This document shows positions 44,525 to 52,283 of a stretch of DNA of 52,283 nucleotides, piece after piece (position 1 is the stretch's first letter; every line of letters begins with the position of its first letter). Location: assembly GCA_964652125.1 (NCBI GenBank), contig CAZZAE010000002.1, positions 1 through 52,283 of the forward strand, written 5' to 3'. Source of the DNA: an uncultured Candidatus Saccharibacteria bacterium. Its GTDB lineage: Bacteria > Patescibacteriota > Saccharimonadia > Saccharimonadales > JANWIN01. The position numbers and the translations under genes were made by a program. The notes under the pieces were generated by a model. That model did no database searches, was not told the DNA's origin, and saw only the letters and a list, made by a program, of their open reading frames with translations.

Positions 44525-45820
44525 TTAGTTTTTCTTAAACTGATCGCGGATCCACTCGTCTAAACTTCCGCCACCGCCGCCAGCCATCGCTACCACCATA
44601 TCACCTTGGTTTAAGTGTTGCTGAATGGTTTTTTGTAGCTTCTCATCGCGCTCAAAGGGTTCTATATTGGAGTTGTTGTTCAAATGGCTAATAAGTTCTT
44701 TAGGTGTTAGTACAGGCTGATTTGGGTCTTCACGGGCTAAGTAACTTGGGATCCAATAGACTTTTTTAGCACCGTTAAAAACGTCTCCATAATCGTCTTT
44801 CATATAATGCTGACGTCGATTTGTCAGTGGTTCATAAACAACGATAACATCTTTATTTTTCTCCGCTGCTAGTTCCATAGCTACACTCATAGCTCCGCGG
44901 ATTTTCTCCGGTGTGTGAGCATAATCGGAGTAAAGTCCAGGGGCTATCATTTCCATCCGCCTTTGCAAGCCCGGGAACTTATCCATTATGGTAATTAACT
45001 TGTCGAGTGGAGTATTAGTTATTTCGTGTACTGCCTGAATAGCCAGCCAAGCATCCAGTCGGTTATAGAGCCCAGCCAGCTTTATTTCATGCTTCTTATT
45101 CGTTATTACACTTGAATCTTGTATAGATAAGCTATTGTCAGTTACTAGACCTAAATAATCAGCATCTTCCTGCCAGAGGATGGTCCATTTACTTTGGGAT
45201 ATAAATTCTCTAAATGCTTGTTGGTATTCCTCGCGGGTGGGGAAAACCTCATGATGGTCCCAGCTAACTCCGCTTATAACACTAATATACGGTTCAAAGG
45301 CTAGAAAATTACGGTCAAATTCATCAGCTTCATAGACGAAGAATTCACTTTTGGCAGCGTATTCGCCCATATCACCAAAACTGAGCTTAGCACCCACGGA
45401 GTAACTTACAGGTTCGTTTAGTTGCTTGAATAACCATACGACCATTGCAGTGGTGGTGGTTTTGCCATGCGTTCCAGCAATTGCAACCATTTTTAGGTGT
45501 TTTTCTTGCAGAAGTTGCACTATGAACTCATCGCGTTTGCTACTTTTTATATCTTGTTCGCGGGCAAAGACAAGTTCTGAGTTACCAGATTTAATAGCTG
45601 AGCTGTAGACAAGCCAATCTATTGGGTTTTTTAAGTGAAGTTTTACTATTTGTTCTCGGCTTTGATTGATATGTATATCTGTAATGCCATGGCTACGTAG
45701 ATAGTCTATATAGCTGGTATTTTGATCATCACTGCCCGAAACTTCAAAACCTGCTTGTTTGGCAACTAGAGCTAAGGGTCCTATACCGGCGCCGCCAATG
45801 CCACTAAAGAAGATATGCAT
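44525..45820 (-). CDS. Mur ligase family protein (MurC/Mpl-like UDP-N-acetylmuramate ligase)
   Basis: 431 aa. N-terminal FFSGIGGAGIGPLALVAKQAGFEVSGSD and P-loop GTHGKTTTTAM. Isolated from any dcw-type cluster in this window. Confidence 0.75.
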   Translation of the reverse strand: MHIFFSGIGGAGIGPLALVAKQAGFEVSGSDDQNTSYIDYLRSHGITDIHINQSREQIVKLHLKNPIDWLVYSSAIKSGNSELVFAREQDIKSSKRDEFIVQLLQEKHLKMVAIAGTHGKTTTTAMVVWLFKQLNEPVSYSVGAKLSFGDMGEYAAKSEFFVYEADEFDRNFLAFEPYISVISGVSWDHHEVFPTREEYQQAFREFISQSKWTILWQEDADYLGLVTDNSLSIQDSSVITNKKHEIKLAGLYNRLDAWLAIQAVHEITNTPLDKLITIMDKFPGLQRRMEMIAPGLYSDYAHTPEKIRGAMSVAMELAAEKNKDVIVVYEPLTNRRQHYMKDDYGDVFNGAKKVYWIPSYLAREDPNQPVLTPKELISHLNNNSNIEPFERDEKLQKTIQQHLNQGDMVVAMAGGGGGSLDEWIRDQFKKN

Positions 45821-45916
45821 CTTTTTAGTCTAGTGACGAAAGACCATAAAGTCTATAAAGCCTAGGCATATTTTATCCTTCCGAGTCAGCTAATAAGAGG
45901 TATAATCTTAAGCAAG

Positions 45917-46528
45917 ATGGCTAAGAAACACGTTCATTATGCCTGGGGTAAAATCCGGCCGCTCAGCCCATGGTATCTTTTAGCTCTGAGTCTAGTTTTT
46001 GGCACCATTTCTGTTTACAGCATGCGTCAGAATAATTTGCACATGCTTAAGCTTCGTAATGATGTCTTTAAAGCCGACCAGCAAAATAAAGATGTTGAGA
46101 CGGCGCTCCGCAACCTTCGTGAGTATATTTACTCCCATATGAACACTAACTTGAATACTGACTCCAGCGTTAAACCGCCAATACAATTAAAATATCGCTA
46201 TGATCGACTGGTTGCAGCTCAGAAACAACAGGTTACAGCTACTAATGCCAAAGTTTATACAGCTGCTGAGCGAGCGTGTCAGAGTTTATTTGTGAACGGT
46301 CGGGCTGGTCCGGCTAGTGCTCCCTGTATTAAAAGCTATGTCAACACTCACCTAGTTAAAGAGCAGCCCATCCCGGAGGAGCTATATAAGTTTGATTTTG
46401 CTTCTCCAACTTGGGCACCAGATATAGCCGGCTGGAGTTTAGTCGCTGCTTTAGGTTTGTTTATCCTCTTTGGAGTCAGATTAGGTCTGGAAGTGTGGGT
46501 CAAGCACGATTTACGCGGTGAAATGTAG
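45917..46528 (+). CDS. Two-TM membrane protein with extracytoplasmic two-Cys domain (unknown)
   Basis: 203 aa. TM1 WYLLALSLVFGTISVY and TM2 WSLVAALGLFILFGV. TATAAT (45901-06) lies 10 nt upstream of the ATG with no SD. Confidence 0.45.
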   Translation: MAKKHVHYAWGKIRPLSPWYLLALSLVFGTISVYSMRQNNLHMLKLRNDVFKADQQNKDVETALRNLREYIYSHMNTNLNTDSSVKPPIQLKYRYDRLVAAQKQQVTATNAKVYTAAERACQSLFVNGRAGPASAPCIKSYVNTHLVKEQPIPEELYKFDFASPTWAPDIAGWSLVAALGLFILFGVRLGLEVWVKHDLRGEM

Positions 46529-46571
46529 CAATCTGTTAAATACTAACCTTGTAAATAGACTGGACTAAACT

Positions 46572-47159
46572 TTACTGGCCGCTAGTTGAGCTTGAGTTAC
46601 TTGAGCTACTTGTGGTTGTACATTGCTGGCCGTTGGGATTTTGCTTGACATAAGCTGCCACAGCTTTAGCTACTTGGCCATTGGTCTTTAGGTTTTCCCA
46701 GAAGACTACTTGTTCGCGGTTGATGACCATTGCATCCTCAGGTCCATGAAGTTCACAACCAAGTTTAACTAGTGATACATCACTGTTAGCGGTTGTTTTT
46801 GAATTAGGCTGGACTTGCTGGTTTACTCGTAAGTAGTAAATGTTAGCTAGATTTATGTACTTATCATTTAGACCAGTGATGTTGCCAAAATAAACCTGTC
46901 CACCGTTTAGGAAAACGGCTTGAAGTTTACTGCTATCTACGAATTTTGACTCGTTTTTAGTACCGCCCATGGCTAGTGAGATTAATAGAGCAACTACTAA
47001 TATAGTGGCTGAAAATAACAACAATATAGATGTTAAGCGCAACCAAGCCATACCCTTTGGTCTTTTACCCGGAACAGGATGATGATGTGCCGGCGCTTCC
47101 GGGTGTGCTTGTGCAGCAGCTGAATGATTAGTTTGTCCGTCTCTGTTTATAAAATCCAT
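46572..47159 (-). CDS. Single-pass membrane-anchored protein (unknown)
   Basis: 195 aa. His/Pro-rich N-terminus, TM ILLLFSATILVVALLISLA, a beta-rich ectodomain with 2 Cys, and a Ser-rich C-terminus. SD GAGGGTGAG lies upstream. Confidence 0.45.
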   Translation of the reverse strand: MDFINRDGQTNHSAAAQAHPEAPAHHHPVPGKRPKGMAWLRLTSILLLFSATILVVALLISLAMGGTKNESKFVDSSKLQAVFLNGGQVYFGNITGLNDKYINLANIYYLRVNQQVQPNSKTTANSDVSLVKLGCELHGPEDAMVINREQVVFWENLKTNGQVAKAVAAYVKQNPNGQQCTTTSSSSNSSSTSGQ

Positions 47160-47341
47160 AAATTACTCACCCTCATTTTAGTCATTATGGCATTAAGTGT
47201 AATGCATAAGCGTGATGTTGTGCAACAATTTTGGCCTACATCTGTTTTTTTGATTAAGTTGAAGGTGGAAAATTTTAGTTGGCTTTAGGTGTAAATGAAA
47301 TTGCTCACCCCTGTTAAGTGTAGTAAAAACTCACTACAGGG

Positions 47342-47371
47342 TTGACAAGCCAAAACCAAGCAGAGTATGTT
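47342..47371 (+). promoter_or_regulatory. Near-consensus sigma70-like promoter
   Basis: TTGACA (47342-47), 18-nt spacer, TATGTT (47366-71). An imperfect inverted repeat TGTAGT...ACTACA lies immediately upstream. Confidence 0.5.
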
Positions 47372-47414
47372 AGGGGTACATAAGTTAACGATAAGAGAGG
47401 GAGAGATTGTAACT

Positions 47415-47609
47415 ATGGCATACAAGCACACAAATTCAAAGGGTGTTACTTACCACCTAAACTCAAAGAAAGTAACTCTACGTGGTGGCAAAGAGCAGAC
47501 CATTTATTACTTCAGTAAAGATAACCGCCCAGAAGCAGCTGACCTACCTGACGGTTTTGAGGTTAATGAGAACCCACGCAACGGCTTTTTGACAGTCAAG
47601 CGCAAGTAA
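47415..47609 (+). CDS. Small basic protein, 64 aa (unknown)
   Basis: ATG at 47415 is preceded by the long SD GAGAGGGAGAG. Sequence MAYKHTNSKGVTYHLNSKKVTLRGGKEQTIYYFSKD... The ATG at 47367 in the ORF track lies inside the -10 box. Confidence 0.55.
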   Translation: MAYKHTNSKGVTYHLNSKKVTLRGGKEQTIYYFSKDNRPEAADLPDGFEVNENPRNGFLTVKRK

Positions 47610-47630
47610 ATAGCTGTAATAGCATCTTAA

Positions 47631-47656
47631 GCGCCCGCCGTAGCGGGCGTTTTTTA
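47631..47656 (+). terminator. Rho-independent terminator
   Basis: GCGCCCGC-CGTA-GCGGGCG followed by TTTTTTA. The GC-rich stem stands out in AT-rich surroundings. Confidence 0.85.
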
Positions 47657-47680
47657 TTGCCATATTATAATAACAAAGCA

Positions 47681-47709
47681 TTGTAATATAAGCATTAGTG
47701 TGATATAGT
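47681..47709 (+). promoter_or_regulatory. Sigma70-like promoter with extended -10 (leaderless candidate)
   Basis: TTGTAA (47681-86), 17-nt spacer ending in TGa, TATAGT (47704-09), 7 nt, then ATG at 47717. Confidence 0.5.
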
Positions 47710-47716
47710 AAGTATA

Positions 47717-48028
47717 ATGAAAATAACTCCCAGAGTATTACGCCAAGTTCAAATGGATAACATGAGTACCCATCAGTTCGGTGATGCTATTAAAGATGGC
47801 ATTTCTTGGGATTCAGAAGAAAATCCACGCTTTTTTCATCCTGATGAAGTCGATGCAATGGTAATAACTCCAGAAGCGGCGCGAGCAACCGATCAGGGCC
47901 GAGCCCTTGCTCCGGAAATGGGGAAAAGAATACTCAGCAGCGCTGAGCAAAACGCTCATGCGGCACGAAGTTTGTCGGACCATTTGGCACGAAGCGTTAA
48001 ACAGATCCACGATCCTAATCTAAATTGA
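47717..48028 (+). CDS. Hypothetical cytosolic protein, 103 aa
   Basis: ORF with no TM and no recognisable motif. Promoter geometry as described above. Confidence 0.4.
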   Translation: MKITPRVLRQVQMDNMSTHQFGDAIKDGISWDSEENPRFFHPDEVDAMVITPEAARATDQGRALAPEMGKRILSSAEQNAHAARSLSDHLARSVKQIHDPNLN

Positions 48029-48074
48029 AAATACTAGTAAAATAGTTTATAGTTATGGTCCTCAAGGAGGTTAA

Positions 48075-49061
48075 ATGCCAGAAAATGAGGTTCCAAGTGG
48101 GGAGGGATCCCCACATCTATTTGAAGCTCCAATAGATGAGTTAGCTCAATCAGAGCAGTTGTCTAGAGTAGAAGCTAATAGACGGATTGCTCTAGTACAT
48201 ATTCTAACTCCAGAATTTCACGGTTTTGACCCAGAAGAATTTACACACATTCCAGATGAGATTGTCGCTAGAGCTTCGGCCGCTGACTTGCAACCTAATC
48301 TATTTTGGCCATATATCCCAAAAAGACGACGTCAGTCAGAAGAAGTATCTTCATTTTCTTATCTTGCAGCAGATGAAACTTTTATATCAGTGGCACTAAC
48401 ACCTAATGAATACAATGAAGCTTCGGAAAGCGTAAGTAAATTGGCTGAGCGCGTTATAAATAGAGTATTAACACTACGAGATAAAACCTTGCGCAAGGAA
48501 ACCGGTGATCCAACAGCGCGGGCTCGTAGCCCTGAAGATATTAAAACGGCTAATCGTGGTGCCATGAGAGCAGTTATGGATCGGCAGTCTGACATGGAAA
48601 AACTGCTCAAAGAAAGAATTTTGCCAAAACAGGAACTTATTAAAAAGTTCATTGAAATGACCGAAGATAATCATTTTTATTTGTCTCGAGGTACCAAAAG
48701 AACCGTAAGTGAACGTTTTGAAGAACTCAGGACAACTGTCTTCGATGATATGCTGGATGCAATTGGCAGGAAAAGGAAATGGTCAGATGAAATGACAGCT
48801 AGAGCTAAGCAAATTATCCAAAAGCGTTTATATATTAGTGGAACTAAAACTGAAAGATTGGAAAATTTCAGGGAAATGATGTTGCTAGCTCAGGAATATT
48901 ATGGACATAAGTGGGCATTAATATCTACAAAAATAGAAGAAGCCAGGAAATACCAACGGGATCACCCCGAAGTTACGGCAGACATTTTGGCTGTCGATGA
49001 GCAAAGACGCAAAGAAAAAGAAAGGGAAGTTTCTGAACAATTACGGCTTGAAAACACCTAA
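48075..49061 (+). CDS. Hypothetical cytosolic charged/helical protein, 328 aa
   Basis: Strong SD AGGAGG lies 4 nt upstream of the ATG. Highly charged Arg/Glu/Lys-rich helical sequence with no recognisable catalytic motif. Confidence 0.5.
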   Translation: MPENEVPSGEGSPHLFEAPIDELAQSEQLSRVEANRRIALVHILTPEFHGFDPEEFTHIPDEIVARASAADLQPNLFWPYIPKRRRQSEEVSSFSYLAADETFISVALTPNEYNEASESVSKLAERVINRVLTLRDKTLRKETGDPTARARSPEDIKTANRGAMRAVMDRQSDMEKLLKERILPKQELIKKFIEMTEDNHFYLSRGTKRTVSERFEELRTTVFDDMLDAIGRKRKWSDEMTARAKQIIQKRLYISGTKTERLENFREMMLLAQEYYGHKWALISTKIEEARKYQRDHPEVTADILAVDEQRRKEKEREVSEQLRLENT

Positions 49062-49989
49062 TCCATTTTTTGTACTGGCGCCAATGGATGATGTTACCGA
49101 CACAGTTTTTCGCCAAATTGTGGCAGAATATGCTGCACCGGATTTATTTATTACAGAATTTGTAAATGTTGATGGCTTGCAAAGTCCCGGTCGACAAAAG
49201 CTTTTGCCTAAGCTTAGATTTTCGAGCAAAGAGCGACCAATTATTGCTCAAGTTTGGGGGAAAATACCGGAAAACTTCTATAAAACCGCAAAAGAAATAG
49301 TCAAGATGGGATATGACGGGGTAGACATTAACTTTGGATGTCCCGTCAAAGCCGTAGTAAAAAACGGCTGCTGCATAGCAATGGTTAATAACAGGGAATT
49401 AGCGGGGGAGATAATTCAAGCCGTTAGGGAAGGGGTTGGACCTGACTTCCCTGTTAGCGTTAAAACTCGTCTGGGGTTGGGAGAGATTGACTACACATGG
49501 CATGGGTTTTTACTCGGGTATAAACTTAACATGTTAACTGTTCACGGTAGAACCGCTAAACAACTTAGTAAAGTTCCAGCAGATTGGCAAGCGATTGCAA
49601 AGATTCGTGGGTTACGCGACAAACTCTCCCCTGCCACTTTAATAGTTGGCAACGGTGACGTAATGAACCGAGATCAAGGTGAAAAACTAGCTAAAAAACA
49701 TAATCTTGACGGCATTATGATTGGTCGTGGTATCTTCAGTGATCCATTTGTATTTGCCAAATCCAGTCCTTGGGAAGGATATTCTAAACAGCAAAAAATT
49801 GATCTGTATAAAAAGCACGTGCAGCTATTTGCTAAAACATGGGGCACGGGTGAGAGAAAAATTCATACGCTTAATAAATTTTGTAAGATATATGTAGAAG
49901 GGTTTGACGGGGCAAAGGAGCTACGCGAGCAGCTCATGAGTGCAGAGTCGACAACTGAACTGTTAAAAATGCTTCATAGAACTGGTTAG
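48997..49989 (+). CDS. tRNA-dihydrouridine synthase
   Basis: FVLAPMDDVTDTVFRQ and GVDINFGCP motifs, with a TIM-barrel FMN pattern. Start is uncertain: ATG 48997 gives a 65-nt overlap with the upstream gene, and in-frame TTG 49048 gives a 14-nt overlap. Confidence 0.85.
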   Translation: MSKDAKKKKGKFLNNYGLKTPNPFFVLAPMDDVTDTVFRQIVAEYAAPDLFITEFVNVDGLQSPGRQKLLPKLRFSSKERPIIAQVWGKIPENFYKTAKEIVKMGYDGVDINFGCPVKAVVKNGCCIAMVNNRELAGEIIQAVREGVGPDFPVSVKTRLGLGEIDYTWHGFLLGYKLNMLTVHGRTAKQLSKVPADWQAIAKIRGLRDKLSPATLIVGNGDVMNRDQGEKLAKKHNLDGIMIGRGIFSDPFVFAKSSPWEGYSKQQKIDLYKKHVQLFAKTWGTGERKIHTLNKFCKIYVEGFDGAKELREQLMSAESTTELLKMLHRTG

Positions 49990-50006
49990 TGTACTATAAA
50001 TGCAAT

Positions 50007-50852
50007 ATGGCTTGGCAGCTTTTGACCGCAATAAGTGTTGTTACTCTTTCGATTTCTGTATTGTTACAGCGACTACTTTTGCACAATGACAAAAGTGACC
50101 CTTTTGCATATGTAGTGGTATTTCAGGGCCTTGTTGCAATTCTGGTTGCTATGTATGCCATTGTGCATGGTTTTCATATGCCTAACTTCGGCAAATATTG
50201 GTTTGCAATCACTGTAACAGTTCTACTATATGGTGCTGGACATATTGCCTATGCCAAAACACTTCAAAAAGTGGAAGCTTCAATTTTCACAATTCTCTTT
50301 GCTACAAATGCTATTTGGACCATGTTTATGGGATTAATTTTGTTCCATGAACATCTAACTGCAATGCAAATAATAGGGGTTTTGTTTATCTTTGCAAGTG
50401 TTGGTATTTTAGCTGAACGTAAAGGTGCTTTTAAATTCGATAGTGGTGTATTGCTTGGGTTACTAACAGGACTTTTGTTTGGTTTTGCTACGGCTACTTG
50501 GGCCTACGTAGGTAGACATGCAGATGCTGCATCGTGGACAGCATTAAGTTTCGCGGGTCCTTCTCTAGTTGTATTAGCTACCCACCCCAAAGCCGTAAAA
50601 GACATGAAACCATTTCTCAGGGGAACTAAATTTACAAGAATGATATTGCTTGGAGTGTTCTTTAGTATTTCTGCTGTTACTTTATTGACAGCTTATCAGC
50701 GAGGTAATGTGAGTTTAATTGCGCCACTCCAACAGACCACAATAATTGTTACTATTTTGCTTGCGGTTATATTTTTGCATGAGCGCAAGAGACTTTGGGT
50801 AAAAACTGCCGCTGCCGCAATCTGTTTTGTTGGCGTATTATTAATTGTTTAA
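50007..50852 (+). CDS. EamA/DMT-family transporter
   Basis: About 10 TM helices arranged as two EamA-like halves. ATG at 50007 lies 6 nt after TATAAA (49995-50000). The GTG at 49989 in the ORF track is less likely. Confidence 0.75.
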   Translation: MAWQLLTAISVVTLSISVLLQRLLLHNDKSDPFAYVVVFQGLVAILVAMYAIVHGFHMPNFGKYWFAITVTVLLYGAGHIAYAKTLQKVEASIFTILFATNAIWTMFMGLILFHEHLTAMQIIGVLFIFASVGILAERKGAFKFDSGVLLGLLTGLLFGFATATWAYVGRHADAASWTALSFAGPSLVVLATHPKAVKDMKPFLRGTKFTRMILLGVFFSISAVTLLTAYQRGNVSLIAPLQQTTIIVTILLAVIFLHERKRLWVKTAAAAICFVGVLLIV

Positions 50853-50906
50853 TTAATTACGGTACTTAAGCTTGCTGTGCTCAGGTGAGCTAGCTACAAT
50901 GACCTC

Positions 50907-51551
50907 ATGTCAGAACAAATAGAAGCAGCAATTTTTGATGTAGATGGGATGTTGCTTGATACTCGTGAGTTTATTTTTCAAGCATTTGAACATAGTCTCG
51001 CTATTCACGGTCATACAATTCCCAACAGAACGATTATCTCAAGTTTAGTTGGACGCTCCCTACCCGATTCATATGCAAAACTTGTCCCTAATGGCGAGCT
51101 TGAATTACTAATGGATACTCATCATCAATTTCAACTAGAAAGACTACATCTAATCGAGCCCTATGAAGGACTTAAAGAGATGTTGTCTGAATTGCAAAAA
51201 GCTGGTCTTAAAATGGGAGTATTTAGTAGTCGAAAGGGGCACTTAGTACCTTCGCTTGAAGATGCCGGAGTGCTTGAGTTTTTCGATGCGGTGGTGCAAG
51301 GGGATGAAGTAGTTAAACATAAACCACACCCTGAAGGACTATTAAAAGCTCTTGGTATGCTTTCGGTAGAACCTGCAAAAGCTGCAATGTTAGGAGATGC
51401 AGCAGTGGATATTCAAGCAGGTAAAGCCGCTAATGTTGCTATTACTATAGGGATCACCCACGGCTTTGGCACGAGGAAAGAACTTGAAGCTGTTATTCCA
51501 GATTTTATAGTTGATAATCTGGCTGAAATTCCAGCATTATTACTAAATTAA
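50907..51551 (+). CDS. HAD-IA hydrolase (phosphoglycolate phosphatase / PpaX-like)
   Basis: AIFDVDGMLLDT (DxDG), a cap domain, VFSSR, K...HKPHPE and GDAAVDIQAGKAA motifs. Confidence 0.85.
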   Translation: MSEQIEAAIFDVDGMLLDTREFIFQAFEHSLAIHGHTIPNRTIISSLVGRSLPDSYAKLVPNGELELLMDTHHQFQLERLHLIEPYEGLKEMLSELQKAGLKMGVFSSRKGHLVPSLEDAGVLEFFDAVVQGDEVVKHKPHPEGLLKALGMLSVEPAKAAMLGDAAVDIQAGKAANVAITIGITHGFGTRKELEAVIPDFIVDNLAEIPALLLN

Positions 51552-51783
51552 CTGTATTTACAATGTCTCAAGTTGCACAGAAATCAAAGAGTTTATCGTG
51601 GATCTGGGTAGATGTTTTTGGGATCATGGCTATACATAGTTCATTCTTGCTCATTTAGTTAGGCAGGTTTTTGTCAGATGTTGGATAACATCAGCTTGTA
51701 TTGAACAGTCATATTGACACGTATATCATAAAGAGTATGCTTTAACCATAAGCTAAAAACATAAATTAAAAGGATTAAAGATC

Positions 51784-52164
51784 ATGGCATCATCTAAAAA
51801 GAATTCATTTCAGCAACTTTCTCTAGTTTTGTCGGTATTAGCCTTTGCGGTTGCTGGGGCAGCTCTTTTACGTCCCTCTTTCGCAGCATCAACTCCTAAA
51901 AACGCTACTTGTTCTGTAAGTAGTACAGGTGTTGGCAAACCACTTGTGATTTCAGGAACTGGGTACACCCCAAACACAGCTTATCCTCTTACCATTCAAC
52001 AAGGAACTGGTGGGTCCGCAGGTACGAGTACCTGGACGGACGGTTCGGGTAACTTTAACTTCTCTTCACTGTATGCACTTTATCCGGGAACCTACACAGT
52101 TACTGTTTACTCTGCCTTCCACCAGAATTCGAAAATAGCCGCAACTTGTTCGATGGCAATTTAA
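51784..52164 (+). CDS. Small secreted beta-rich protein with two Cys (unknown)
   Basis: 126 aa. Signal peptide LSLVLSVLAFAVAGAALLRPSFA. Gly/Thr/Ser/Tyr-rich, Ig-like character. SD AAAGGA lies upstream. Confidence 0.5.
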   Translation: MASSKKNSFQQLSLVLSVLAFAVAGAALLRPSFAASTPKNATCSVSSTGVGKPLVISGTGYTPNTAYPLTIQQGTGGSAGTSTWTDGSGNFNFSSLYALYPGTYTVTVYSAFHQNSKIAATCSMAI

Positions 52165-52230
52165 CAGATTTGTTTATTTACAATCTATTCGTAATGAAGT
52201 GATATAAGAAGTTTAATCTAAAGTCTAGTT

Positions 52231-52283
52231 TGGTGGGGGCGCCTGGATTTGAACCAGGGACCAATCGGTTATGAGCCGACTGC
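52231..52283 (-). tRNA. tRNA with CAT anticodon (elongator Met or Ile2-lysidine type), 3' two-thirds only; truncated by window end
   Basis: The reverse complement reads GCA-GTCGG-CTCATAA-CCGAT-TGGTC-CCTGG-TTCAAAT-CCAGG-CGCCCCC-A-CCA. This gives an anticodon stem-loop with CAT, a 5-nt variable loop, a T arm, the acceptor 3' strand, discriminator A and an encoded CCA. C72 implies a G1:C72 pair, so it is not an initiator. Confidence 0.85.

Noticed and set aside
51555-52184. 10-bp direct repeat TATTTACAAT (51555-64 and 52175-84) flanking the small secreted-protein gene next to the tRNA, considered as att-like island borders
   Set aside because: Exact 10-mers recur by chance many times in 52 kb. 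No integrase or recombinase is present, and the enclosed segment is only about 600 bp.
1-52283. Alternative genetic code (UGA recoding, as in some CPR lineages), CRISPR arrays, transposons, prophage, DGR/retron elements
   Set aside because: TGA terminates many well-supported genes, including ATGA/GTGA coupled junctions, and ORFs are full length under code 11. I found no spacer-repeat arrays, no transposase, integrase or reverse-transcriptase motifs, and no template/variable repeat pairs.

Overview
AT-rich, very gene-dense bacterial chromosomal window of about 58 genes, many with 1-4 nt gaps or ATGA/GTGA/TAGTG overlaps. It uses the standard genetic code, since TGA clearly terminates genes. The gene content includes a short YidC plus Jag, an archaeal/eukaryal-type AspRS, a LexA-DNA-binding-domain-only regulator and many orphan single-pass membrane or secreted proteins. 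This fits a reduced-genome monoderm such as a CPR/Patescibacteria (Saccharibacteria-like) organism, but that is inference only. Layout: (1) yidC-jag at 40-1430. (2) A roughly 26-kb envelope glycopolymer locus at 1441-27526. It holds rfbBCDA (dTDP-rhamnose), a WbaP-type initiating phosphotransferase, 2 GT4 and 5 GT2 transferases, and a Wzm/Wzt-type ABC exporter whose ATPase has a C-terminal extension. It also holds an FkbM methyltransferase, a UDP-GlcNAc epimerase-like gene, a UDP-HexNAc dehydrogenase, a GtrB-like/GT-C-like/GtrA decoration set, a Wzy_C (O-antigen-ligase-like) protein and a secreted repeat protein. (3) A LexA-DBD-only regulator, followed by a structured leader that looks like a cobalamin-class riboswitch with a terminator/SD-sequestering hairpin. 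This leader controls an orphan 480-aa zinc-ribbon protein and is followed by nadD. (4) Housekeeping and envelope genes: Kef-type antiporter, DsbA-like, CNNM/CBS, aspS. (5) A DrrAB-like ABC exporter plus a small tail-anchored protein, bracketed by two paralogous large surface proteins. (6) Small envelope proteins, a tsaC-mazG-nudix operon, a Mur ligase, orphan genes, Dus, EamA, HAD, and a partial tRNA-Met at the window edge. No rRNA, CRISPR array, transposase, integrase or phage structural gene was recognised. A recurrent signal is a -10-like box (often the extended TGnTAnnnT form) 6-10 nt upstream of the ATG of operon-leading genes that lack a Shine-Dalgarno. Internal genes in contrast carry strong GGAGG-type SDs. 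All calls come from reading the sequence and motifs by eye; no searches were run.
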